From: Mobula hypostoma | Taxonomy: Eukaryota | Assembly (NCBI RefSeq): GCF_963921235.1 | Contig: NC_086097.1 | Coordinates: forward strand, 48,734,001-48,798,000 | Reading direction: 5' to 3' | DNA: 64,000 nucleotides | Part shown: one piece after another, positions 23,818-37,691 of the stretch | How the letters are laid out: each line of letters begins with the position of its first letter | How positions within the stretch are numbered: position 1 is the stretch's first letter | Notes under the pieces: model-generated | What the model was told of the DNA's origin: nothing | The model's input: only the letters and a program-made list of their open reading frames with translations | Database searches by the model: none | Position numbers and translations under genes: made by a program

Positions 23818-26724
23818 TTAGTCCCACTCCCCCACCTTCTCACCATAACCTTTGATGCCCCGGATACTCAGATATCTATCAATCTCTGCCTTAAATACAC
23901 CCAATGACTTGGCCTCCACTGCTGCCCATGGCAACAAATTCCATAGATTCACCACCCTCTGGCCAAAAAAATTTCTTGGCATTTCTGTTCTGAATGGGTG
24001 CCCTTCAATCCTTAAGTCATGCCCTCTTGTACTAGACTCCCCCATCATGGGAAACAACTTTGCAACATCCACTCTGTCCATGCCTTTCAACATTCGAAAT
24101 GTTTCTATAAGGTCTCCCCTCATTCTGCAAAACTCCAAGGAATACAGTCCAAGAGCGGACAAACGTTCCTCATATGTTAACCTCTCATTCCTGGAATCAT
24201 TCTAGTGAATCTTCTCTGTACCCTCTCCAACGTCAGCACATCCTTTCTTAAACAAGGAGACCAAAACTGCCCACAGTACTCCAAGTGAGGTCTCACCAGC
24301 ACCTTATAGAGCCTCAACATCACATCCCTGCTCCTATACCCTATTCCTCTAGAAATGAATGCCAACATTGCATTTGCCTTCTTCACTACTGACTCAACCT
24401 GGAGGTTAACCTTAAGGGTATCCTGGACAAGGACTCCCAAGTCCCGCTGCATCTCAGAACTTTGAATTCTTTCCCCATTTAAATAATAGTCTGCCCATTT
24501 ATTACTTCTGCCGAAGTGCATAACCATACACTTTCCAACATTGTACTTCATTAGCCACTTCTTTGCCCATTCTTCCAATCTATCCAAGTCTCTCTGCAGA
24601 CTCTCCATTTCCTCAGCACTACCGGCCCCTCCACCTATCTTCATATCGTCAGGAAACTTAGCCACAAAGCCATCTATTCCATAATCCAAATCGTTGATGT
24701 ACAATGTAAAAAGAAGTGGCCCCAACATGGACCCCTGTGGAACACCACTGGTAACCGGCAGCCAACCAGAATAGGATCCCTTTATTCCCACTCTCTGTTT
24801 CCTGCCAATCAGCCAACGCTCTATCCGTTCTATTCCATCTATTCCATGCGCTCTTATCTTGTTAAGTAGCCTCATGTGTGGCACCTTGTCAAAGGCCTTC
24901 TGAAAATCCAAATATACAACATCCACTACATCTCCCTTGTCTAGCCTACTAGTAATTTCCTCAAAAAATTGTAATAGGTTTGTCAGGCAGGATTTTCCTT
25001 TAAGGAATCCATGCTGAGTTCTGCCTATCTTGTCATATGCCTCCAGGTACTCTGTAACCTCATCCTTGACAATCGACTCCAACAACTTCCCAACCACCAA
25101 TGTCAAGCTAACAGGTCTATAATTTCCTTTTTGCTTCCTTGCGCCCTTCTTAAATAGCAGAGTGACATTTGCAATCTTCCAGTCCTCCGGAACCATGCCA
25201 GGATCTATCGACTTTTGAAAGATCATCACTAATGCCTCCACAATCTCCACAGCTACTTCCTTTAGAACACATGGGTGCATTCCATCTGGTCCGGGTGATT
25301 TATCTACCTTTAGACTATTCAGCTTCCTGAGTACTTTCTCTGTCGTAATTGTGACTGCGCACACTACTCTTCCCTGCCACCCTTGAGTGTCCGGTATACT
25401 GCTGTCTTCCTCAGTGAAGACTGATGCAAAATACTCATTCAGTTCCTCTGCCATCTCCTTATCTCCCATTACAATTTCTCCAGCATCATTTTCTATCAGT
25501 CCCATATCTACTCTCACCTGTCTTTTACTCTTTATATACTTGAAAAAGCTTTTAGTATCCTCTTTGATATTATTTGCTTGCTTCCTTTCATGGTTAATCT
25601 TTTCTCTCTTAATGACCTTCTTAGTTTCCTTTTGTAAGGTTTTAAAAACTTCCCAATCCTCTGTCTTCCCACTAATTTTTGCTTCCTTGTATGCCCTCTC
25701 CTTTGCTTTAACTTTGGCTTTGACTTCTCTTGTCAACCATGGTTGCATCCTTTTTCTATTTGAAAATTTCTTCTTTTCTGGAATATACCTGTCTTGCACC
25801 TTCCTCACTTCTCACATAAACTCCAGCCACTGCTGCTCTGCCATCTTTCCCGCCAGTATCCCTTTCCAGTCTACTTTGGCCAGTTCCTCTCTCATGCCAC
25901 TGTAATTTCCTTTACTCCACTGAAATACCGACACATCAGATTTCGGCTTCACTTTTTCAAATGTCACAGTGAACTCAATCATGTTATGATCACTGCCTCC
26001 TAAGGGTTCCTTCACCTCAATCTCTCTAATCACCTCTGGTTCATTACACAATGCCCAATCCAGTACAGCCGATCCCTTAGTGGGCTCAACAACAAACTGT
26101 TTTAAAAAGCCATCTCGCAGACATTCTACAAATTCTCTCTCGAGATCCAGTGCCAACCTGATTTTCCCAATGCACTCGCATGTTAAAATCCCCCACAATT
26201 ATCATAACACTGCCCTTCTGACAAGCCTTTTCTATTTCCTGTTGTAATTTGTAGTCCACATTACTACAGCTGTTTGGAGGCTTATAAATAACTGCCATCA
26301 GCGTCCTTTTACCCCTGCTATTTCTTAGCTCAACCCATAAAGATTCTGCACCTTCCGATCCTATATTACCTCTTTCTAATGATTTAATATCATTTCTTAC
26401 CAATAACGCCATGCCTCCCCCTCTGCCTACCTTCCTATCCTTCCGATACACCGTGTATCCTTGGACGTTCAGCTCCCAGAGACATGCATCCTTCAGCCAC
26501 ATCTCAGTGATGGCCACAATATCATACCTGCCAATCTGTAGCTGTACGACAAGATCATCCACCTTATTCCTTATGCTGCGTGCATTTAAGTACAACACCT
26601 TAAGACCAGTATTTGGTACTTTTCGCTTTGATTTCACTGCAACATTTTTGCACTGCAACTCATCCCAATGGCTACAAATTTGTCCCATCACCTCCCTGTC
26701 CTTCCTGACATCTTTACTGCTCAC
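23818..26724 (-). pseudogene. CR1 ORF2 (AP endonuclease plus reverse transcriptase), frameshifted
   Basis: YLNARSI, AITEMW, GDFN, SDH; RT motifs LDFQKAFDKV and GVPQGS; catalytic motif reads FPDD. Split over four ORFs. Confidence 0.93.
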
Positions 26725-26816
26725 TATCTTAGATTTATTTCTGTTTTCCCCTTCCTCCGCTCTGTCATTCCAGTTCCCATCCCCCTGCCAAATTAGCTTA
26801 AACCCTCCCTAACAGC

Positions 26817-27728
26817 TCAATTAAACTTTCCCGCCAGGATATTGGTCCCCTTCGGGTTCAGGTGTAACCCGTCATTTTTGAATAGGTCATACTTCCCCCA
26901 GAAGAGATCCCAATTATCCAAGAATCTGAAGCCCTGTACCCTACACCAGTCTCTCAGCCACACATTCATCTGCCTGATTCTACTATTCTTCCCCTCCCTA
27001 GTACGTGGCACAGGTAGCAATCCCGGGATTACTACCCTGGAGGTCCTGCTTCTCAGCTTCTTTCCTAACTCCTGGAAATCTCTCTTCAGAACCTCCTCTT
27101 TTGTCCTATCTATGTCATTGGTACCAACATGTACCAAGACAACTGGCTGCTCACCCTCCCCCTTTAGAATATTCAGGACCCGATCCGAGACATCCCGTAC
27201 CCTGGCACCTGGGAGGCAACACACCATGCGGGTATCTCTATCAGGCTCACAGAATCTCCTGTCCATTCCCTTGACTATTAAATCCCCTATGACTACCGCA
27301 TTTCTCTTCTCCCTCCTTCTCTCCTACACAACAGCGCCAGGCTCAGTGCCAGAGACCCGGTCACCGTGGACGTCCCCTGTCAGATCATCCCCCTCAACAG
27401 CATCCAGAACAAGATATTTGTTGCTGAGGGGAACAGCCACAGGTGTGCTCTCCACTATCCGGGCATTTCCCTTCCCTCTCTTGACAGTGACCCAGTCTTC
27501 TGACCCCTGTAGCCTAGGCATGACTACCTCCCTGTAGCTCCTGTCTATCATCTCTTCACTTTCCCTGATAAGCAGTAGGTCATCAAGCTGCAGCTCCAGA
27601 TCCCTAACACGGTCTCTGAGGAGCTGCATCTCGGTGCACCTGGTGCAGATGTGGCCATCAGGGAGGCCGGAGGTCTCCCAGGATACCCTCATCTGACACC
27701 CTGAACAAAGCACTAACCCTGCAGGCAT
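26817..27728 (-). pseudogene. CR1 ORF1 (zinc finger/coiled coil plus SGNH esterase)
   Basis: CSGC...HICTRC, heptad LRDRVRDLELQL, CLPGARVRDV, HVGTND, DGLHLN. One in-frame stop at 27324-26. Confidence 0.9.
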
Positions 27729-30700
27729 GCTATCTAATTCTACAGGAATGAAACAGGAAAGGTAAGTCTACTCACCCACTTACCTTGCCAAACAGATGAA
27801 CTTTTTAAACCGTTAGCTATTACTGATAGCTGTGAGAGCCCTGCTGTTCCTGTCTGTCCGGGCCGATTCGCGAATGGGGGCGGGGGGGGGGGGCGGAAGA
27901 GAAAAAAAAGAGTTGGTGCTTCGCTCTCGCCTCTTCCCGTTTACCGCCGAAGCCCGTTGAAGCCGAACCCCTACACTCTGCTCCCACTCACTCTACTGCC
28001 TGCTGTATAGTGTGGTCTCCTTTTTAAACTCTCTGCGCTGTCCTGTTGACATCACACACCTGCGCAGTCTCGTTCTTCTTGCACTCGAAGTAGTTTTTAA
28101 AAAAACTGCCTTCCTTCAGAATTCAGCTCCCACGACGCTCTGTAGTCCTGATCCAAAAGACTTAACCAACTGGTCTATCTTGCTTCTGCATGCCTTCTCA
28201 TCACCATCTGAAATTCTGCTAATAATAGTGGTGTCATTGGTAATTTTACAGAGGTGTTTAAGCTGTGCCTAGCCACACAATTGTGGGTGTGGAGAGAGTA
28301 GAGCAGTGGACAAAGTACACATCCTTGAGGTCAGTGAGGAGATGTTATTTCTGATCCACACAGTGAAATCTTCTGGTGATGAAGTCAAGGATACAGTTGC
28401 AGAAGGAGGTACAGAGGTCCAGATTTTGGACCTAGTTGACTAGAACTGAGAGTATGATTGTGTTGAACGCTGAGCTGTAATAAATGAAAAGCAGCCTGAG
28501 GTAGGTATTACTATTGTCCAGATGATCAAAGGCTGATTGCATCTGCTGTAGACCTATTGTGGCCAAAGGCAAATTGCAGTGGGTCCAGGTCCTTGCTTAG
28601 TCAGGATTTGATTCAAGCCACGACCAACCTCTCAAGCACTTGATCATTGTAGATGTGAGTGCCAATGGGCAATAGTCATTGAAGCAGCTCACCCTGTTCT
28701 TCTTCGGCACTGGTATAACTGTCATCCTTTTAAAGCAGGTGGGAACATCCATCTGCAACAGCGAGATATTGAAGATGTCTTTGAAACCTCCCGCCCATTG
28801 GTTGACACAGATTTTCAGATCCTCACCAGGTATACCATCAGGGCTTGATATTTTGTGAGGTTCCAACTTTTGCAAGATGTTCTGACAAGAACCTCTGAGA
28901 CAGAGATTGTAGGGTCAGCAGACACTGCAGGGATTTGCACAGGTGTAGTTTTATTCTCCCTTTCAAGGCATGCATAAAAGGTTATGGAGCCCAACTGGGA
29001 GTGAAGCATTACTGCCGCTCATGATATTTGGCTTTGCTTTCTACCTACTCCGCTTTCTACCCTGCAGAAGCTCCATCATTTCTCACCCTACAGGAGCTAC
29101 ACACTCCAAACCTGTCAGTAGCTAAATTACTTCCCACCCTAGGGAACTCAGAGGTTTCATCAATTCCACTGCCACAAGTGATTCATCACTCCCCACTCCT
29201 CAGCCACTCCCTATCTCACAGGATGTCTGCCATGCCCTATTCAGTGGGTCTCCTCTTAACGCTACCTTCCCTCCAAAAGTACTTTGTTCCTTTTGTTCAA
29301 AACCCGCTTCAGCTGTCAAAACACAACATTGTGATACTGAGCGTCCCTGCAACAATAGATGCTACAGTAGTGACTTATAATAGCATTCCTCTCCACTGCA
29401 CTGAGCCCTCACACTTTCAAATTGAGGCATTCTAAACATCTAAGCATTTATTTTAAGATCCCAGATTTGAGTCTTACTACAGAAGAGGGACTGTTATCAG
29501 TGCTCATAAAACATCTTGAGCCATTTGAAATGAGGTTTACGTGTGTGAAAGTCTGGTTGCAATCCTTCACTACAAGCATAAAAATCTGTGAATTCTTCCA
29601 TCACCTGAAGCAAATTATGTAGTGCATCGCTCTTCACCTGTGTCACTGCAACAACCATCAATTCAATTCCATTCTCTTCTGTCTTCTCTATATTTGCATA
29701 TATTTACCGTTCTTCTCCTTCCAAAACTACTATAAATTTAACTTCTATTATTGTTTTTCGACAAGCATTCCATGTTCAAGCAGCCCCCTTTGTTACGCAG
29801 GGAATAGTTTTAATTGCATGCCTCACGGTTATTGAATTTCTTACCAACTGAAGTAGTTTCAAGAGACACTGAAGATATCACCCTTTGTTCAGTATGGTTA
29901 TGCCAGTCTTGCAGAGTAATTGAACTAGGCTTTTGGTCTCCAAGCTCTTTTTCATTTATGTATATATGTATATATTTACTGGTTGCCTCCAGCAAAATTA
30001 TCTAAGCATTGGATATTTAAATTTAAAATTTATAAGTAAAGTAAAACCATAGCAGCCTCTTTTCAAGCAGCATCATAAATATAGATTAAGAGAACTGACT
30101 TCACAGATTTAACTCAGGAAATGCAGAGGACTGTTCAGTAGGAAAACTTACATTTAGAGATAAGTTGCATTTTGTTGTCTTTATTATAGTACCAGCAGGA
30201 GTCCTTGAGGAGCTTTGCATAGTAATAAAAGCATTAGGCAAAGAACCAAATTACGTTTTATTTAGTGACACCAATATTTATTCAGATAACTATCTAAATA
30301 TGAAGACACCTCCTTTTCAGGCTTTTGATTTCAATTTCTGTCCGAGTGTTTCATTTCCTCCTGATAAATGGTTGCCAGGCCTTCTGATATAAGGAAGTGT
30401 AATAGAAAATGTGAATAAAGTACATTGTAAATAAGCCAAGGTAGAATCTAATTCTCTAATCTATATTTATAATCCTACATGGAAAGACTGCATGAAAACA
30501 TCCATCATGAAGACAAGATTTAGTGTGACCACATCAGGTATCGCTTTCCTCACCGTTCCAGAATTATACTGCAGGGAAAGCATAACCTGAGTTTTATTAT
30601 CTGCCACAAACCACCTACTTAAACCCCTCTTCCACACTGTAATAGCTCCAAATAGGTACTGAATTTTTGCTCCAATATTGTAGCCTTCAATATGGGTGTT

Positions 30701-31319
30701 TCTCAGATCTGTGCTGCTCTCTGGTTTCTACCCACCCCTCTAGTCATCCACAATTCTGAACATTTCTTTGCAGCTTCCCCTCCATTTAGCCTCATACCAC
30801 CCGAGTTAATCTCATTCAGGACAACTTCTTTTCGCTCCTCACCACTCAATTCCTGACTGCACCTCAGAGGGTCTTATAATCACAGTGGTTAAGCCAGATG
30901 ACTTGTCTCCTAAAATGTGACTCCAAATCCCAATGGACAAGCGGGGAAAGTAAGTGCAGTTAATTTACTCATTCTTGAATTTTTAAAAACTGCATTAGTA
31001 GTGGTGACAATAAAATAAAATCTTTCCTTGGGAATCTTTGTGGCTTGCTGGTGTCCTTCCGGGAGGGGAAAATCGGTCATCTGTCTTTTGTTTCGACATA
31101 TTTATAACTCCAGGCCTTTTCAAGAGGATGACTCCTTGCTGAGGTAAAAAGAGGGCAGAAAGTGCTGGCCAGCCACTAATTCTTGAAGGAAGAAATAGTA
31201 TAAAAGCAAATATTTTCTCAGCCTCTGTGCCAACTGATGTTGTGAATGTCTCTGCTCCACAGACACTGTCCCTGAGAGAATATGGCAAATCAACTACTCA
31301 GGTTTTGCACAAATGAAGC

Positions 31320-32210
31320 CTTTTGTTATACAGGATGAAGAACAGCCTCTGTATTATCCAAGACCTCTTCAAAGAGCAATGCCTTAGGAAGGCAGCATCC
31401 GTCATTAAGGATCCTCATCACCCAGGACATGCTCTCTTCCCATCGGGATGGAGATACTGAAGCTGAAAGGAACACACTCAGCAATTCAGGAACAGCTTCT
31501 TCCCTCCTGCCATCTGATTTCTAAGACTACCTCATTACCTTTTTATGTGTTATTTTGTTTGTACTAATAATTTTAATTAATATAAAAACATATATACACA
31601 CCTGTAACTCACTTTTGTTCCTCTATATTTATTTATCAGGTATCAGACATCTTTGCCATAGAGGGAGTACAAAGAAGGTTCACCAGATTGATTCCTGGGA
31701 TGGCAGGTCTTTCATATGAAGAAAGACTGGATGAACTGGGCTTGTACTCGTTGGAATTTAGAAGATTGAGGGGGGATCTGATTGAAACGTATAAGATCCT
31801 AAAGGGATTGGACAGGCTAGATGCAGGAAGATTGTTCCCGATGTTGGGGAGGTCTAGAACGAGGGGTCACAGTTTGAGGATAGAGGGGAAGCCTTTTAGG
31901 ACCGAGGTTAGGAAAAACTTCTTCACACAGAGAGTGGTGAATCTGTGGAATTCTCTGCCACAGCAAACTGTTGAGGCCAGTTCATTAGCTATGTTTAAAA
32001 GGAAGTTAGATATGGCCCTTGTGGCTACAGGGGTCAGGGGGTATGGAGGGAAGGCTGGGTTCTGAGTTGGATGATCAGCCATGATCATAATAAATGGCGG
32101 TGCAGGCTCGAAGGGCCGAATGGCCTACTCCTGCACCTATTTTCTATGTTTCTATGTTTCTATGTTTCATCGTACTACTGCCATAAAGTTAACAAATTTA
32201 ATATGCCGTG
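31320..32210 (+). mobile_element. Rex1/L2 3' fragment with a young 5'-truncated CR1 inserted at ~31645-32167
   Basis: Uninterrupted CR1 C-terminal ORF 31688-32065 (SLEFRRLRGDLIETYK...WNSLP) and (TTTCTATG)n tail. Confidence 0.85.
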
Positions 32211-32609
32211 GTGGTGTTGGCTACATTTGATGCGTTTTGTTTGTCCCATGGGTTATCCTTTCGCTGAATGAACTGAGGAGTTCTACCCCTGGTATATGGC
32301 CTTCTGAATGAAGCTGTGCTGGAAGAGAACACTCACCTGCAAGCTGGAAAGCACTCAAGGAACTGAAGTGCTGTTACCCGTGGCTGCAGAAATGACAGAC
32401 TGCACTCTTCTATGCTTACTGGTAGGTTTCCTTGTCAGATGCTCTGCTAACTACCTTGTGGATATACAGTACATATTTACTAACACGACAGGACTGTGTA
32501 ATTTCTTTCCTCATCTATTGCAAGAATTTGTATCTGACTAGGTGTCTGGCCTACACTTTGCCTTCTGATTAGGTGCCAGTTTTGCCTTTTAACATTAGTG
32601 TTCTGCTCA

Positions 32610-32890
32610 CAACTCCAGAGACCCAAGTCCAAGCCTGAGCTCCAGTGCTGCCTGTCTGGAGCTTGCATGTTCTCTGTCGTAGTGTGAGCTTTCCTGAGGT
32701 GCTATGGTTTTTTCCCCACATTCCTAAAGAATTGCTAGCTGACAGGTTAATTTGCCACATCCATAAATTTCCCCGATACACACGTGTGGAGAGCTGGTGT
32801 GCTGTGAAGAGAAGAAAATGAGATTAATGTGGATGGGTGTTTGATAGTTGGTAGAATAATAGTGGCAAGCAGGCTATTCAATGCTGTATC
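32610..32890 (+). mobile_element. Old V-SINE-like element
   Basis: TGGAGCTTGCATGTTCTC...TTTCC...CCCACATTCC V-domain-like sequence; related fragment at ~61327-61520. Confidence 0.6.
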
Positions 32891-33086
32891 ACCATAGTTT
32901 CAGACAGAATAGAGATTATTGTACAATGATTTAACTCACACTCATTCCTTCTCACAGAAGATTCTTTATCCCATTTCTCTTGCACACCTTTTTTTTAAAA
33001 AAATTGTTCTCCTACCATTGTACACAATCTTTGACATTTTTAGCTCCTTTTCTTGGATCTTCTGTGAAGCAATTTTAGCCACAAAC

Positions 33087-36000
33087 TGTAATGTATAGAT
33101 CTATTTCTTCTAGCGCAATGACTCCCCTTAGCATTGACAACTACTCATACATATTGATTTGTCTACACATGCACATTGATCTGCTCTCTCTCTCTCTGCA
33201 ATGTGAACACACCAGTTAAAGTCATCTCCCACCCGTGTGCTTTTATTTTAATTGATATATATTTGCATAGACACAACAAATTGGCGATGATTACAAACCT
33301 GAAAGGCAGCGAATAACAGCAATGGCGTCAACAGTTATGGGACGACAGACTTTATAGAGAAACAGTGAGAGAAAAGAGTTAAATGGTATGGAGCAGGCCG
33401 TCATGGACGCTAACAAAGGGATGTGTGAATAACTGCACAGTGAAAGATGCACAACTAGCAAAGTTAAAGTGTAAATAACGTGACGATGGAAAGTTGATGA
33501 ATTTGATAGTGCTGCTGGGGACTGGGAATTGTACATCAAGAGGGTTGAACTGTATTGTAATGCAAACAACGTGGATGAAGTAAAAAAAAAGCCTCCATGC
33601 TTCTTAGGTTAATAATGCTAAAATGTACAGACTTTTACACAACTTAGTAACTCCTGAAAAGCCAGCAAGACAATTGACAAAATTGTTACTATTTTACAAA
33701 ATCACTTGAGCCTTAAACCAGTGGAAATAGTTGAGAGACTTAGATTTTACACAAGGAACCAGTTAAAGGATGAAAGCATTTCTAAATACACTGCAGAACC
33801 AAGCAAACGTTCCCAATATTGTAACTTTAGAGATGCACTTTTTCATGCATTAAGGGACAGGCTTGTATGTGGCATGCATAAGCAGAAGCACAGAAAAAGA
33901 GTTTAGAATGTGAAATGCACAAAATGTCCCTGAATGGTGCAAAAAGCCAAATATTTTATTGATGTGGCAAATCCTTCCATGGTGCCAATGACTGTTGGTT
34001 CAAAGAAAAAGTTTGCAGAAAGCGTCAAAGACAAGGTCACACAGAGAGAGTGTGCCAGTCAGACAAAAAGCACAACCAAAGAGAAAAACCGCACAGGGTG
34101 AAAGCTTCAAACACAAAACTAAACAAATGCATAAAGTGACTGAATGTGAAACAGAATCAGACAACACAGAGTCTGACAAAGGTAAGCTGTAACGCCTAGA
34201 ACTGCATAGCATTACTGAAGCAGATCACGGATCACAATAGATGTGTCTGCAGTAAAACTGAAAATGGAGCTGGATACAGGGTCAGCTTTGTCCATAATTC
34301 CAGAGTGTGATTACAATAAGACCATAAGACAAAGGAGCAGAAGTCGGCCATTCGGCCCAGCGAGTCTGTAACCAATAGACTGTTTTTTAAGCTACTATTA
34401 GAGACCTCAGTGATGCTAAAGACCTACACGGGCAAAAAAGTGTCTCCCAAAGACAAATTGAAAGTAAATGTGACATATGGAGGCAAAACACAGCATTTGG
34501 ACCTTTATGTATTGAAAAGTGGAGGGCCAGCTCTTTTCAGATGCGAATGGTTGAGAAAACCCAACTGAACTGGCACAAAATCAAAGCTCTCAATCTGTGA
34601 TCAACAGGCAACTGCAGCCCAAATGGTAGCACTAACCGGAGACTATCACAGTTGCTTAATACTAATGAGAAGGTGTTTGGGAAGGGTATTGGCAAACTCA
34701 AAGAAGTAAAGGCAAGAATTGAACTGGATGAAGTAACAACACCAAGATTCCATAAAGTGCATCCAGTGACTTATGTATTATGTCCAAAAGTGGATGCTGA
34801 ACTTCAGAGCTTGGAGTCATCTGGCATCCCTCCAAGTCCACTGTTCCACGCCCATTGTTCCAGTGATCATGAAAGGGAAGGCCAGAGGTGTTTGCATATG
34901 CGGGCACTTCAAAGTGAGCATCAACCCTGTGCTGTGTACTGTGCAGTTTCCCCTGCTATGAACAGATGACATTTTTGCATCTTTGGCAGGTGGGGAGAAG
35001 TTTTCAAAGATTGACTTGTCACAAGCCTATCTGCAAATGGAGGTGGAGGAGCCAAGAAGGAAGTTTCTCACAATCAACATTCACAAGGGACTTCCAGTAT
35101 AATTGTCTTGTCTTTAGCATCACATCAGCTCCAGCAATTTGGCAAAGAGCCACGGACCAAGTAGTCAAGATATCCCAGTAATACAATTTACCATGACATC
35201 ATTGCGACCGACAAGAATGATAAAGAACACCTCCAGAACCTTGGCAACGTGCTTACCAGGCTGAGTGAGTATGGACTGTGTGCAAAGAGAGAGAAATGTG
35301 AGCTTCTCAAGTAAGAAATTTCATATTGTGGACTTGTCATTGGCAAGTATACGTCACAAGAGAAGATTGAAGCAGTGCTGCAGGCACCCAAACCAGAAAG
35401 TGTGTCACAACTCAGGTCATACTTGGGCCTGGTAAACTGCTACCACCAGTTTCTCCCAAATATTGCTACAAGGCTGCACCCACTGAATGCAGCCAAGAGC
35501 AAAGTGGGAATGGTCAGAAGGATGTGACAGAGCATACAAGGAAACAAAGAAACTAATAGCCTCAGATGAACTGATTCCCCCATTATGACCCATCTCTGCC
35601 CATCAGACCGGAGTGCAATGTGCCCCTTTATGGCACTGGTGCCATTTTGTCACACATTATGAAAGACAGATCTGAACGTCTGATTGCATTTGCTTCAAGA
35701 TCACTGACGAGTGCAGAACGCAAATACGCACTGATCGACCAAGAGGCCTTTAGTCTAGTATGGGAAATAAAGAAGCTCCACTGCTACCTCTAGGGACAAA
35801 AATTTATGTTAGTGACAAATCACCAGTCCCATGTGTCCACTTTCAATCTCAGGAAGGAAATCCCATCCTCATTGCCAATTTGTTGTGCCTGTACAACTAC
35901 ATATCAAATATATAAAAGCAGTAATGTCTGCTACTGGGTTACAATGTTAGACACTATTACTAGGAGCCCATTCTTATGACGTAGAGTTCAAGGATACCAA

Positions 36001-37691
36001 ACAACACAGCAGTGCTGATGCTTGTTACATCTTCCACTTTTGTCAACTGAACAAAAATCTTCATACTGTGACCCAGATGAAGTGTCTGGTGGCCCAGTTG
36101 CCGGTAACAAATTCTGAAATACATAGGAACAAGGAATGACCCAATATTGTCAAAAGTCTGTGACATCACTGTGCAAGGACAGCTGGTTGAGGGTAATTCT
36201 ATGTTTCCGGAGTCCTCAGTGGGATGAGACCAACTGTCAGTATGTTAAAGAACACTGATGTGTGGATCTTGTGTTATGGTTCCCTCTAAACTGCACACAA
36301 GAGTGTGAGAGAATCTGCATGAAGGATATGTAGGTACAATCAGGATGAAGAGTCTAGTCCAGAGCAATCTGTAGTGTTCAGGAATCAACAGACAGATTAA
36401 AGACTTAACCAAAAGCTATTCAGGATGTCAAAAAGTTCAAAATGCATCGTTGCACCCGTGGGAGCGGACATCTTCATCAAGACAAGGAGTGCATATAGAT
36501 TTTGCTGGACCTTTCATGGACTCCATGTTCCTGATTGCTGTGGATGCTCATTTGAAGTAGCCTGAAGTCATACCAATGAAGTCAACACCTCTGAGAAGAA
36601 TGCTTCTGCTCTGAGGATTATCTTCACCAAAAATGGCTCATCTGAACAAACTGTGAGTGATAATGGACCACAATATACATCAGAAGAGTTCGGACTATTC
36701 ATGAAGAAAAATGGTATGAAACATTTTAAGCCAGCTCCTCACCTCCCAACAACAAATGGGTTAGCTGAAAGCTTTATCCAAACTTTCAATGTCCATTAAA
36801 GTGATGGACAAGCAGGACATTTCTCTACAGCACAAGGTGGGCAACTTCCTTTTTGTGCATCGGAACTCTGTTCATGCGGTGACAAATCAAATACCTGCAA
36901 CGCTTTCATGAACAGGAATCAGATCTCACATAGACCACCTGAAACCAGATCTTTGGAGGGAAGTACAGAATAAACAATTCAGCCAGTTGCCAAGTAAATC
37001 AGCTTGGAGCTTCGAGGATGGACAGGAAGTCCTTGTGTGTGAATACAGAGGAGACAAATGGACACCTGGTAGGACAGCTACAAGAGCCGGACCACTGATG
37101 TACCCAGTGGATGTTTGAGATCAGACATAGAGACGTCATGTGGACCGGCTACTGGATGCTCAGATGAGGAACACACCCAAGTCAACTGCATCCAACATGA
37201 TGACAACTACTGCCATGGGACTTGCTGCTCAGTGATGATCATGTCACTGACAGCAACATGACACTTGCAACAGTGGAAATTGTCTTTGACAAGACACCTA
37301 CAAAACCTAATGCCACTCCACAGGTCCAGGGGTGCTAAATTCAAAGAAACAGAGTGCCACCCAAAAGAGTGAACCTTTAGAACTGTAAAGTTAGTTATGG
37401 ATTGTTATTGTGAAAGCATGTTTATTTGAATATTGTTTGTTGAAGGGAAATTGATGTTTTATTACATATACCATTTTATGTTGCATTAACCTAAAGGGGG
37501 GAGGACGTGTAATGTATGGATCTATTCTTTTAGTGCAATGACTCCTCTTAGCATTGATTATGAACTGATAACTATATATGCACATTGATCTGCTCTCTCT
37601 CTCTCTCACTGCAATGTGAATACACCAGTTTAAGCCATCTCCCGTGTGCATGCTTTTTTTAAAATTGATATGTCGTTGCACAGACACAAAC
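33087..37691 (+). mobile_element. Gypsy LTR retrotransposon, full-length and decayed
   Basis: LTRs 33087-33278 and 37508-~37691; PBS TGGCGATGA; PPT AAAGGGGGGAGGA. Gag (ALRDRLVCG), protease (ELDTGS), RT, RNase H and integrase (HIDFAGPF, SDNGPQY, NGLAE) remnants in Gypsy order. Confidence 0.93.
34316..34368 (-). mobile_element. ~50-bp CR1 3' tail inserted in the Gypsy protease region
   Basis: ATAAGACCATAAGACAAAGGAGCAGAAGTCGGCC is identical to the 3' end of the CR1 at ~23728. Confidence 0.85.

Larger units (their letters stand above)
23727..28160 (-). mobile_element. Near full-length CR1 LINE, relatively young but disrupted
   Basis: GC-rich 5' UTR, ORF1, APE-RT ORF2, and (TCTTATGG)n 3' tail. 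Confidence 0.95.
23135..29030 (-). mobile_element. Rex1/Babar-L2-like LINE (23135-23726 and ~28160-29030) split by the CR1 insertion
   Basis: RT motifs VPTCFKRMTVIPVPKK...NDYCPLALTS (28597-28875) and C-terminus IIKDPHHPGHALFS...FRNSFFP (23157-23507). Confidence 0.8.

Noticed and set aside
25387..27537. Plus-strand ORFs of 133-231 aa
   Set aside because: These are antisense shadows of CR1 ORF1/ORF2.
28140..28165. U2 snRNA-derived 5' end of the CR1
   Set aside because: Only a few bases (CTTTTGG..ATCA) resemble U2, which is not significant.
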